Source: an uncultured virus (IMG/VR IMGVR_UViG_3300046007_007003) (Duplodnaviria > Heunggongvirae > Uroviricota > Caudoviricetes). From it: a stretch of DNA of 64,000 nt. The notes beneath the pieces are model-generated. The model did not search any database and was not told the DNA's origin. It saw nothing but the letters and a program-made list of their open reading frames with translations. The stretch's first letter is position 1, and each line of letters opens with the position of its first letter. Shown here piece after piece: positions 1 to 7,719 of the stretch. The DNA is taken from IMG/VR virus record IMGVR_UViG_3300046007_007003; one strand, written 5' to 3'. The position numbers were made by a program, and so were the translations under genes.

Positions 1-63
1 GAGCGCAGTCAACGGCGTCTCGACAAAGGCCAAGCGCGGCTTTGGGTCTTTCTTCTTGGTCAT
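1..63 (-). CDS. Hypothetical protein, partial (runs off left edge); paralog of 60047-60250
   Basis: MTKKKDPKPRLAFVETPLTA identical to the N-terminus of 60047-60250. Confidence 0.6.
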   Translation of the reverse strand, partial: MTKKKDPKPRLAFVETPLTAL

Positions 64-311
64 CTCAGCGGCCTCATCGGTGGCACCGGCACGGGAACGT
101 AGCGCGGCTTCAGGTTGTCAGGTCTCGGCGGCGGCACGGGCACAGGCTCATGCAGCACCACATTCTCACAGCGGATCACAGCGCCGGGGTCGTCCTCGGC
201 GATCAGATCCTGCATCGCTCGGCAGTGCGCCGGGTCAGCGTACATCCCAACGTACCCGCTCCACGACGGAGACAGCGTCACGCTCAGAATAGTCACAGTC
301 AGTAAGGACAA
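60..311 (-). CDS. Hypothetical protein with Pro-rich C-terminus
   Basis: TTG start after GGAGGGGAG; near-identical copy at 60247-60498. Confidence 0.6.
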   Translation of the reverse strand: MSLLTVTILSVTLSPSWSGYVGMYADPAHCRAMQDLIAEDDPGAVIRCENVVLHEPVPVPPPRPDNLKPRYVPVPVPPMRPLR

Positions 312-451
312 TCTTCTCCCCTCCCATACGCCGCCTTCGACGGCTCCCGCTTCGGTTGCTTCGGTGCTTGTACCACGGGCCTCGGACCTAGGGCCTGTGC
401 CCTCAACTCCGCCTCCAGCCACGCGGGCAGCGGTTCTTCATGCGTCGCCAT
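299..451 (-). CDS. Small hypothetical protein (MATHEEPLP...GEDCPY)
   Basis: ATG after AAGGA; conserved in copy at 60486-60638. Confidence 0.6.
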   Translation of the reverse strand: MATHEEPLPAWLEAELRAQALGPRPVVQAPKQPKREPSKAAYGRGEDCPY

Positions 452-641
452 CCTTCCTAGCCTCCTGTTCGTTGAACAACTGAGCCCGAAGATCGACAAT
501 CTCGTCCATCGCCTCGTGGATCAGGTCGGCTACGCCCTCGGCCCGCATCATGCGGAACTCCTGCACAAAGGTCTTCGAAGTCTCCGCTCTCACGGCCAAT
601 CTCTCCAGCCTTGCAACGATGTCGTCCCCATCACTTCCCAT
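438..641 (-). CDS. Hypothetical protein
   Basis: Overlaps both neighbours; DIVARL...IHEAMDEIVDLR is typical of small phage coiled-coil proteins. Confidence 0.6.
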   Translation of the reverse strand: MGSDGDDIVARLERLAVRAETSKTFVQEFRMMRAEGVADLIHEAMDEIVDLRAQLFNEQEARKDGDA

Positions 642-825
642 TGTCCAACGGCCCTTGCACCATGCGCGCAGCCATCTGCGCCAGTTCCTTGATCTCGTTC
701 GCACGGGCAACGTTCCACTGGTGCCCACCCGTCCTGTCGTTCGAGATGATGTCCGCCACGCGCTCAATTCGATGCAGCGCAGCCAACAGGTCCCCGGTCC
801 GCGGTTCAGCCCACTTTGCCATCAC
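631..825 (-). CDS. Hypothetical protein, homolog of 60794-60985
   Basis: 41 of 63 residues identical to 60794-60985 by manual alignment. Confidence 0.7.
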   Translation of the reverse strand: MMAKWAEPRTGDLLAALHRIERVADIISNDRTGGHQWNVARANEIKELAQMAARMVQGPLDNGK

Positions 826-1013
826 GGTCCCTCATACTCTTCAACCAACAGCCACGGCATCTTGTCCCTCCTCTCCAACTCCGCCTTGTACATCTTCAGG
901 TCCAGCAGCAACTCCGCCTTCTCCACCGACAGCCGAGCCACCACCTGCTCCAATCGCGCAATCTCACTGCGCTGTTTCACAACCTTCGACCTCAGTGCGT
1001 CTATCTCGGCCAT
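822..1013 (-). CDS. Small coiled-coil hypothetical protein
   Basis: RSKVVKQRSEIARL resembles RSKLAKQRSELARM in 60978-61145. Confidence 0.65.
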   Translation of the reverse strand: MAEIDALRSKVVKQRSEIARLEQVVARLSVEKAELLLDLKMYKAELERRDKMPWLLVEEYEGP

Positions 1014-1821
1014 CGGCCCTCGCTCCTATCCTCGGTGCATACACCGCCCTCTTGATCCCATACGCAGGATGACCAGACCAGAATCCGTCCACCCATGTGT
1101 GCCACCCCCTGCCCGGCAGAAGCACAGCCTTGCCACGCCCCTCCTCCGACCGCCGCCAGTGCCCGCGCGTGTAGTGCAGCGGCATGTGCCAGCCCTTGCC
1201 AAGACGCTCGCCACGCTCAACCTTCGGCTTCGTCAGGTCCCACTCGACACGATGCCACCGCTCACCACCCGCACCAACCCGACGCTGCATCGCACGACGA
1301 GACTGCCGAGTGCCCGCCACCACACGCTTCGTGATCCTCGGCTCGTTGATCACAGCCAATACCGCCGACGCCATCACCACCATCTGCGCACGAACCGGAA
1401 GCGTCAGCTGCTTGTGTTCCTCATGCACCGCCTCCGACTGGTTGATCGCCGCCTCCACACTGCCCGGGATGAAGTCCCCCAGCGGCAGAGCAGGCATGTA
1501 CGACGACAGCACAGACACCCGGATCTCGCCCGTCTTCTCACCCTCCGGAGGCCGGTGACACATCAGCACGTTGTCCCTCAACTCCGAGAACCACAGGATC
1601 GTCACCTCCGAAGGCAGGCGAGAACCCTCCGGGATCATCCCATGCCCCATGTCGTCGCGCGTCGTCGTGATTTCACGCGCAAGATCATCCACCGCACCCA
1701 TCACCGTGTCCGATACCTCGAAGTATTGAGCACGGTCCAAGTACCCACGAACACGGCTACCGTTGAACGCAACAACCCGGTCGATCACGCTGAAGATGTC
1801 ACTCGTCGTCTGCGTCATCAT
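964..1821 (-). CDS. Hypothetical phage protein
   Basis: 285 aa ORF with C-terminal LHYTRGHWRR...WVDGFWSG motif. Confidence 0.65.
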   Translation of the reverse strand: MMTQTTSDIFSVIDRVVAFNGSRVRGYLDRAQYFEVSDTVMGAVDDLAREITTTRDDMGHGMIPEGSRLPSEVTILWFSELRDNVLMCHRPPEGEKTGEIRVSVLSSYMPALPLGDFIPGSVEAAINQSEAVHEEHKQLTLPVRAQMVVMASAVLAVINEPRITKRVVAGTRQSRRAMQRRVGAGGERWHRVEWDLTKPKVERGERLGKGWHMPLHYTRGHWRRSEEGRGKAVLLPGRGWHTWVDGFWSGHPAYGIKRAVYAPRIGARADGRDRRTEVEGCETAQ

Positions 1822-1978
1822 CCACCTCGATTTCCCCGCGTCCGTTGCACTGATCGCAGGTGTCCCACTTCGTTGTCAGGTATCCGTATGGGTTAGAGAA
1901 CCCCATGGGGACGGCGACTTCGTACTCGACTTCGCCGCGCCCGTTGCACTCTGGGCAGGTAATAATCTTGTCTGACAT
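1799..1978 (-). CDS. Small DnaJ-type zinc-finger protein
   Basis: Two CxxCxGxG motifs (CPECNGRG, CDQCNGRG). Confidence 0.75.
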   Translation of the reverse strand: MSDKIITCPECNGRGEVEYEVAVPMGFSNPYGYLTTKWDTCDQCNGRGEIEVDDDADDE

Positions 1979-1999
1979 GGCCCGTGATCCGTGATACGT

Positions 2000-2037
2000 T
2001 ATGCGAACAGACTGGTCCAAGTATGCGATATTGTCAA
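2000..2037 (-). promoter_or_regulatory. Sigma70-like promoter overlapped by two TATGCGA boxes
   Basis: TTGACA (2037-2032), 17 nt, CAGTCT; TATGCGA at 2000-2006 and 2022-2028. Confidence 0.55.
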
Positions 2038-2046
2038 GAGGTCACG

Positions 2047-2319
2047 ATGGGGAAAAAGATGAAATCTCGTTCGGTGGATCGGATGCGCCGGGATGCTGAC
2101 GAGTGTGTGGAGCTTTTGGAGGGGTTGGTTGGCTGGTGTGAGATGAACAAGTTGAACATGGGCGCCGTTTTGACGGCGGGTTTGACGTACATGGCGATGC
2201 AGGTTCTGGGTCGGAGCGTGTCGCGGGCCGCGGGCCGTGAGTTGGTAGCTTCGTGCTTGAACAATGCGGAGGATTTTTTGGACTCGAAGCGTGCTCGGGA
2301 TTCGAACCGGCTGCATTGA
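2047..2319 (+). CDS. Hypothetical protein
   Basis: GAGGT RBS before ATG at 2047; 90 aa. Confidence 0.6.
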   Translation: MGKKMKSRSVDRMRRDADECVELLEGLVGWCEMNKLNMGAVLTAGLTYMAMQVLGRSVSRAAGRELVASCLNNAEDFLDSKRARDSNRLH

Positions 2320-2435
2320 GGCTTCGGGCAGGGCTTGGAACGCATCAGCCCCGGACTTTCGCCCGGGGCTGACTGGAGTGCCCTACCAAGACACGACGCT
2401 GATGTAGCAGGCCCGAGGGCCGTTGTCAATGCGCT

Positions 2436-2633
2436 TCAGCGCATATCTGACGAAGAATCTTCGCTGGCCTTGGATGTCGAAGCCGTTGCGCGCCACTTGG
2501 TTTTGGCTTTGTAGGCATCGTGCATGACGCGCAGTTGCCCGGAGATGGTCCTTCCGTTTTTGGAGGCCATTTCCTTGACTTCGAGGTACATCTCTCGTGG
2601 CACGAGGATGGATTTCCAGCGTGTGAGGTCCAT
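2436..2633 (-). CDS. Ribbon-helix-helix (Arc-like) DNA-binding protein
   Basis: WKSILVPREMYLEVKEMASKNGRTISGQL strand-helix-helix pattern. Confidence 0.6.
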   Translation of the reverse strand: MDLTRWKSILVPREMYLEVKEMASKNGRTISGQLRVMHDAYKAKTKWRATASTSKASEDSSSDMR

Positions 2634-2659
2634 GTCTTGCCTGCTCTGTTGCGCGCTGT

Positions 2660-2716
2660 CTGCGACAATATATGGTGCCGCTTATAGATGCAAGCACTTT
2701 ATCTAGATTGTCGCAG
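2660..2716 (-). promoter_or_regulatory. Promoter flanked by a 10-bp inverted repeat
   Basis: TTGCAT (2693-2688), 17 nt, TATTGT (2670-2665); CTGCGACAAT 2660-2669 and ATTGTCGCAG 2707-2716. Confidence 0.6.
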
Positions 2717-2728
2717 CAGGCTTTGTTT

Positions 2729-5479
2729 TTATTCCGCTTCGCCCCAAGACGGCCCGATTTCGACGTCACACTTGCTCGGCACTTCGAGCGGCACGGCGGT
2801 TTCCATGATCTGGGCCACGGTCCGCGCTTCGTCGGCGTCGGCCACGGATATGGCGATTTCGTCGTGGATCTGGATGAGCGGCACGCGGCCTGTCTTGTAG
2901 ATGTTGACCATGGCCTGCTTTGTCATGTCTGCGGCAGAGGCTTGGATCAGGCGGTTGAGCGCCTTGTAGGTGTAGGCTCGGCGCAGTCTGGTGGTTGGCC
3001 CGTATGTATCGACGGCTTCCTTGTAGGACATGGCCTTGTTCATGCCGAAGGTGTCGGGCTCCCAGAGATCGAAGCGCAGTTGGCGACCGAGCAGCGAGCG
3101 CAGTGTGCCGCGCGACGAGGTCTCGTTGAGGCGGTTCATCACGCCTTTGGTCAGGCCTTTGACGAAAGGGACGCGCTCGTCGTATTGGGCGAGCAGGGCC
3201 TTGGCTTCCTCTTTGCCGATGTCGAGTTGGTCGGCCAGTTTCTCGACGCCCATGCCGTACATCACGCCGAGGTTGATCGTCTTGGCCTGCTTGCGGGGGA
3301 TGGATGCCATCTCGGCGACCATGGTGTGGAAGTCTGTCGACGGGTCGCTGCGGTAGCGCTCGACGAACTCCGGCGCGCCGAGCAGGTTTGACCCGCGCGA
3401 CTTGCCGTAGACGTAGGCGTAGTGGACCAAGATCCGCGGTTCTTGCTGCGAGAAGTCGATTGCGGCCCACTGTTGCCCTTCTTCTGGCAGGAAGAGCGAG
3501 CGGATCATCGGCCCGAACTCTGGGTCGCGGGCTGGGATTTGCTGGAGGTTTGGCGAGTTGTAGCTGTTGTGGTGAATCAGGCCGTGGGCGACGAACGAAT
3601 GGTCGTCCTCTACTTCAATATCCCATACACATGCTTTTCCCATGGGCTCAATTTTCGCCACGGGGACGCTGCGTGCAAACGCCTGTGGCCCGCCATGGTG
3701 ACTAGCGCCAAGTTCTCTAACCGGTTGTTCGTAGGATCCTCGTCTATGTGGTGAACTTGAAAGCCTGCGGGAATTTCCGTCAGCCCCAAGGACTCGCACA
3801 TTACGACCTGATGCTCGAAAACATGCTTGCTGCGCGTCCGGCCCGTAAACCATTTCGGCTTCAGCACCAACACATACCCCTTCCCATCGGAGCATTGGCC
3901 TTTGTAGTTGTGGTGCCTTTCCGAGAATTTTCCCGTCATGGGGTTGCGGTCGCCGGTTTTCGATCTCGACAACCGAAGAATGCGCTCCCGTTCTCGCTCC
4001 TCGGGAGACAAGACGGCTTTTATCATTGCCTGCGCGGTATGCAAAGAAATCTGGAACCGAGAGGCTACTTCCGAGATGATCGGCTTCTCGTCCGCCGCAT
4101 AGGCTTGCACGATTTTCCGACACAGCGCCTCGTCCTTCAACTGCGTTTTGTTTACAGACATGGTAAACCTCGTCCCCAACGCGCAGATCCCCCGCTGGGA
4201 TCCATCCCCGCGATGATAGGACTCGGTGCCCTCGGGTACAAGTTACCGAGTCTCCTGTTGCGACCGTCACGCGGATCATGTTCTCGACGCCCTTGAAATA
4301 CCTGCGCACGACCCGCTTCCATTCCCCTGTGTGCGTCTTGATTTTTTCTTTCCCAGTCGGCTCGTACGAGCCTATCTCTACGGGGCCGATGTCCAGCTCT
4401 AAAACCGTGTGCCCGTGAAGGCACATCCTGCCGGAGACAGTGCCTCCTTCGTCGGATCGAATCTGGTTGATATGGGCATGAATGCGGCCGTCTGAGCCGC
4501 AGTGCCGGTTTATCGTATTGATAAAGGTGCCGGAGGTCTTGTTGAGGTTCCGCGCTTCGACGATCAATTTTGCAACGGGATCGTCGCTGTTGGCGAGAAA
4601 GTTCTTGGTGAAGGACGGGGCGCCTTTCTCCGTTTTCGGAAAGGCGATGCCGAGTTCTTCGAAGGCTTTGGCGAGCGACTGCGCTGCCCAGATCTCGACG
4701 TCCCACCCGATCTTGCGTCGCAGTTCGGCGAGGACGGCCTTCTCGCGTTTGAGCAGGGCATCGCGCGTGCGCTCGACGCGGTCCTGATCGACGCGGACGC
4801 CGCGCCACGTCATGTCAACGAGGCAGGGCAGGAGGTCGAGTTCGAGGGCCGTGATCTGTTGCAGGCCTTCCGTTTCGATTTTGGCTGCGAAGTGCTGCCA
4901 GAGTTCGAGGGTGAGGACAGCGTCGGCTTCGGCATAGGGCCCGACGTACATGGCGGGCATCTTCCACATTTCGGCCTTGGGGTCGATGCCGAAGGACCGA
5001 GCCGCTTCGATCAGTTCCTTTTCGGACTTGGTCTTGTTGAGGTAGTCGTAGGCGATGGAGTTCAGGCTGTAGGAGAAGCGGTTTTCGTCGAGCAGGGACG
5101 CGATGACCATCGTGTCGATGACGCGGCCGTTGATGGTGAAGCCCATGCGCCGGATCCAGCCCATGTCGTACTGGGCGTTGTGCATGATTTTGTCGGCGGG
5201 GCACTCGAAGACCTTTTTGAGCCAGCGGTTGACGATGCGCTCGTCCAGATTGCCGCCGCCCTTGTGCCGGACGGGGATGTAACCGGACCAGCCGTCCGTC
5301 GCGATGGCGTAGCCGACAACGAATCCGTCCCCGCGCGCCCACCCGGGGCCGAGTTCCTTGAGGTTGGGATCGCAGGTTTCGACGTCGACCGCGATCTTGG
5401 ACGCGGAAGTGATGTCCGGAAGCTCCAGCGGGGGAACCCACTCGCTCTTTGGGGCGAACATGGCCAGTTGCAGGCTCAT
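2729..5479 (-). CDS. polA: Family A DNA polymerase (3'-5' exonuclease + polymerase) containing an intein; 630 aa after splicing
   Basis: Exo motifs DVET, HNAQYD, YAEAD; Pol motifs DFSQQEPR, RKQAKTINLGVMYG, QIHDE; spliced junction SGRM/SYNSPNLQQIP. Confidence 0.95.
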   Translation of the reverse strand: MSLQLAMFAPKSEWVPPLELPDITSASKIAVDVETCDPNLKELGPGWARGDGFVVGYAIATDGWSGYIPVRHKGGGNLDERIVNRWLKKVFECPADKIMHNAQYDMGWIRRMGFTINGRVIDTMVIASLLDENRFSYSLNSIAYDYLNKTKSEKELIEAARSFGIDPKAEMWKMPAMYVGPYAEADAVLTLELWQHFAAKIETEGLQQITALELDLLPCLVDMTWRGVRVDQDRVERTRDALLKREKAVLAELRRKIGWDVEIWAAQSLAKAFEELGIAFPKTEKGAPSFTKNFLANSDDPVAKLIVEARNLNKTSGTFINTINRHCGSDGRIHAHINQIRSDEGGTVSGRMCLHGHTVLELDIGPVEIGSYEPTGKEKIKTHTGEWKRVVRRYFKGVENMIRVTVATGDSVTCTRGHRVLSSRGWIPAGDLRVGDEVYHVCKQNAVEGRGAVSENRASLCGGREADHLGSSLSVPDFFAYRAGNDKSRLVSRGARTGAHSSVVEIENRRPQPHDGKILGKAPQLQRPMLRWEGVCVGAEAEMVYGPDAQQACFRASGRNVRVLGADGNSRRLSSSPHRRGSYEQPVRELGASHHGGPQAFARSVPVAKIEPMGKACVWDIEVEDDHSFVAHGLIHHNSYNSPNLQQIPARDPEFGPMIRSLFLPEEGQQWAAIDFSQQEPRILVHYAYVYGKSRGSNLLGAPEFVERYRSDPSTDFHTMVAEMASIPRKQAKTINLGVMYGMGVEKLADQLDIGKEEAKALLAQYDERVPFVKGLTKGVMNRLNETSSRGTLRSLLGRQLRFDLWEPDTFGMNKAMSYKEAVDTYGPTTRLRRAYTYKALNRLIQASAADMTKQAMVNIYKTGRVPLIQIHDEIAISVADADEARTVAQIMETAVPLEVPSKCDVEIGPSWGEAE
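3610..4161 (-). CDS. HNH homing endonuclease nested in the +1 frame of the intein
   Basis: GY..., FEHQVVM, VHHIDEDPTNNRLENLALVT...H motifs; GAGG RBS 6 nt before ATG at 4161; 183 aa. Confidence 0.88.
   Translation of the reverse strand: MSVNKTQLKDEALCRKIVQAYAADEKPIISEVASRFQISLHTAQAMIKAVLSPEERERERILRLSRSKTGDRNPMTGKFSERHHNYKGQCSDGKGYVLVLKPKWFTGRTRSKHVFEHQVVMCESLGLTEIPAGFQVHHIDEDPTNNRLENLALVTMAGHRRLHAASPWRKLSPWEKHVYGILK
4213..4241 (-). promoter_or_regulatory. Predicted internal sigma70 promoter for the nested HNH gene
   Basis: TTGTAC (4241-4236), 17 nt, TATCAT (4218-4213), about 50 nt upstream of the HNH ATG. Confidence 0.6.
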
Positions 5480-5769
5480 TCCTTTGCCCCGCTATGCTGG
5501 AACTCTGCACCGAGGGCCGAGTACGCCGTTTTGTCCACCCAGCTATCGGCATGGTTGAGCGTGACGAGCAGGCGAGATGTCTTCAGCCAGTCCATCATCA
5601 GCGCGACGTGCGAAGCGGTGATGCTGCCGTGCGTCCGCATGGCACTGGCGACGATGATATTCCACCCGTCGGCAATGCGCGTGTGCATTTCCAAGGCGTC
5701 GCCGTAGTCGCGTGCCCGGTCTCCGTTGATGAGGGCCTTGGCTGTTTCGAGCACGTCATCTCGCTTCAT
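5476..5769 (-). CDS. DUF6378-like phage protein
   Basis: LINGDRARDYGD...RIADGW...VALMM..LK.SR...DSWVD..AYSALG pattern. Confidence 0.7.
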   Translation of the reverse strand: MKRDDVLETAKALINGDRARDYGDALEMHTRIADGWNIIVASAMRTHGSITASHVALMMDWLKTSRLLVTLNHADSWVDKTAYSALGAEFQHSGAKE

Positions 5770-7292
5770 AGGTCGTATCCCCTTGTCCTGTCTTCTGCCT
5801 CAACGATGTAAAGATTTTGCTTGGCCCGCGTCACGCCGACATAGAAAACGCGGTGCATGTCGTCGGGCCTGTTCTGCATTTCGGACGAGGCCGCGGGGCT
5901 GAGGTCCGTGAACAGCACGACGTTGTCGGCTTCTCCGCCCTTTGATCCGTGGATCGTGGAGATCGTGATGCGGGGCGCGGCATTGAATTTCTCGCCTCTG
6001 CGGAGGAGTGCGGTGATGTAGGCTCGGTCTGCTTGTGGGATGCGGTCGAGGGCTTCGGACCAGATCATGTCCTTGTTGGCGAGAAGCCCGTGGTCCGCGA
6101 TGAGCATTTCGAGATGGACGGTATCAGAATCCTCAAGTCCCGGCAACTTCTTGAAACCACGTTTGATTCTGTCCATCGACATGAGGCTGTAGATGGTGCG
6201 GGCAGTGTCGACGGTGATGGTGCGCCCTTTACGCAACTGCTCCCACCCGTTGACGGCAGCGCTGATGCGCTCGGAGATGGACCGATGGCCGCGATAGTTG
6301 AACAGGTAGCCGCTGGATTTCAGGTCTAGGGCAACGGGCGCCAGCATGTACCCGGACTGCGCGAGGACGAGCCAGTTCCCGCTGTCGAGCAGGCCCTGCT
6401 TCAGGAGCGTTTCGACGTCGTGGATACGAGAGACGCTACCCTCTTCTGGGCGTGGGTCGTAGCGCTTTGGGAAGCGGCGGTAGATCCGAGAGGCCACGTT
6501 TTCCGCGACGCGATGCACGGCCCGCGGCACGCGGAAGGATTGGTGGAGCGTTTCGCTACCTCCGGGCAGGTTGATGAAGTGATCTACGTCGGCGCCTGCC
6601 CATGCGTAGATCGCTTGGTCGTCATCGCCCGCGACGTACATGCGCGAGGAGTTGTCGTCTAGGATGTGGGCAATGTCCCACTGGAGCGGGCTCAGGTCTT
6701 GGGCTTCGTCGACGAAGGTGAGTTGGAAGCGCGGGCAATAGGTGCTGGCCTCCTTGACGAAGGTTTCGAGCATGTCGGTGAAGTCAAAAAGCCCGAAGCG
6801 GTTTTTGTAAGCTGTGATGGTGCGGTCAACGTAGGCCACGACGTTCCAAGGTATGTCAACGTTGCTCGCATTGTACTGCACCCGCAGGGGAACCTTGCGA
6901 AGCCGGGCTAGGTTGATGAGGCCGAGGATGGGGTCCTTGGACGAGGCTATGGTTGGCAGGTCCTCTTCGAAATCAGGCAGGGCTGTATCGCCGAGTGATA
7001 CGCCGCAGTGGTGGCCGATCTCCTTGTAGTGTTCCTGCTGCATGATCTGGTCGGCGCGGATTGTAGACAGTGCCAGCGCGAGACTGTGGATGGTCCGGAA
7101 GTAGACGAGGTCCTTCTTCGGGTCCAAACCAAAACGAGCCGAAGCGCGTTCCTTCGCTTCGGTCGCGGCCTTCCGGGTATAGGCAAGGAAGGCGATCTGT
7201 GTCGGAGCGACGCCCGATGAGAGGGCGTCGTCGACCATGTTAAGCAGCGTTGTTGTTTTCCCTGTCCCGGGCGGTCCAAAGATTCGCAGCAT
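5766..7292 (-). CDS. UvrD/Rep-like SF1 helicase
   Basis: GPPGTGKTT, VDEAQD, GDDDQAIY, STIHGSKGGE, YVGVTRA. Confidence 0.92.
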   Translation of the reverse strand: MLRIFGPPGTGKTTTLLNMVDDALSSGVAPTQIAFLAYTRKAATEAKERASARFGLDPKKDLVYFRTIHSLALALSTIRADQIMQQEHYKEIGHHCGVSLGDTALPDFEEDLPTIASSKDPILGLINLARLRKVPLRVQYNASNVDIPWNVVAYVDRTITAYKNRFGLFDFTDMLETFVKEASTYCPRFQLTFVDEAQDLSPLQWDIAHILDDNSSRMYVAGDDDQAIYAWAGADVDHFINLPGGSETLHQSFRVPRAVHRVAENVASRIYRRFPKRYDPRPEEGSVSRIHDVETLLKQGLLDSGNWLVLAQSGYMLAPVALDLKSSGYLFNYRGHRSISERISAAVNGWEQLRKGRTITVDTARTIYSLMSMDRIKRGFKKLPGLEDSDTVHLEMLIADHGLLANKDMIWSEALDRIPQADRAYITALLRRGEKFNAAPRITISTIHGSKGGEADNVVLFTDLSPAASSEMQNRPDDMHRVFYVGVTRAKQNLYIVEAEDRTRGYDL

Positions 7293-7719
7293 CTGGGGCT
7301 ATTTCCTCCAACGCCTTGAAAAGCGTCATAAAGTGTGTCCTGCCCATGCCCTTGACCTTGATGACGTCTAGGATGGTGAAGGTCGTCACGAACTCCTCTG
7401 GCGTCATTCGCAGGGCTTCCAGACGTTTCAAGGCGTAGTAGCAGGTTGCGGACAGGGGCATGTTTTCCATCCTCAGAGGAACGTCCCCTCGCTCCATCCG
7501 CCGCTTCAACTGCTTGCGCTTGGTCTCGGCCCTGTGCGCCTTGGCAACAAGCTGCCGAATGCGCTCCTTGCTCACTCCGTAGATTGGGGCCATAGCACGA
7601 AGCGTCATCTTGTCGACCTTCCTCCTGCGGTAAATCTCCCAAATGCGGTCCCGCGTTTCCTCGCTGAAGTCGAAGAAACGGAGGTTCACGCCGGGTATTT
7701 CAGTCGGTATTGTCGTCAA
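7240..7719 (-). CDS. Sigma-70 region 4-like HTH fused to an RNAP alpha-CTD-like domain
   Basis: TLRAMAPIYGVSKERIRQ; MPLSATCYYALKR...VIKVKGMGR; TTG start overlaps the upstream stop. Confidence 0.6.
   Translation of the reverse strand: MTTIPTEIPGVNLRFFDFSEETRDRIWEIYRRRKVDKMTLRAMAPIYGVSKERIRQLVAKAHRAETKRKQLKRRMERGDVPLRMENMPLSATCYYALKRLEALRMTPEEFVTTFTILDVIKVKGMGRTHFMTLFKALEEIAPDAANLWTARDRENNNAA

Larger units (their letters stand above)
4..451. repeat. Long diverged direct repeat, copy 1 (copy 2 at 60191-60638)
   Basis: Colinear near-identical DNA at constant offset 60187 with scattered substitutions. Confidence 0.9.
3566..4423 (-). mobile_element. Intein (286 aa) in DNA polymerase
   Basis: Cys1 CLHGHT, block B TCTRGHRV, block F VWDIEVEDDHSF, terminal HN followed by Ser+1; removal restores the PolA TGRLSS..PNLQ-type motif. 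Confidence 0.93.

Noticed and set aside
4..451. Direct terminal repeat proving a complete circular genome
   Set aside because: The copies differ at many positions and adjacent gene content differs
550..1896. Long + strand ORFs (also 4502-5707, 16294-17682, 45443-46642, 59205-60473)
   Set aside because: Antisense shadows of GC-rich - strand genes with no motifs or RBS
3610..4161. Group I intron carrying the HNH
   Set aside because: The polymerase frame stays open and is bounded by clear intein blocks; no room or motifs for a ribozyme core
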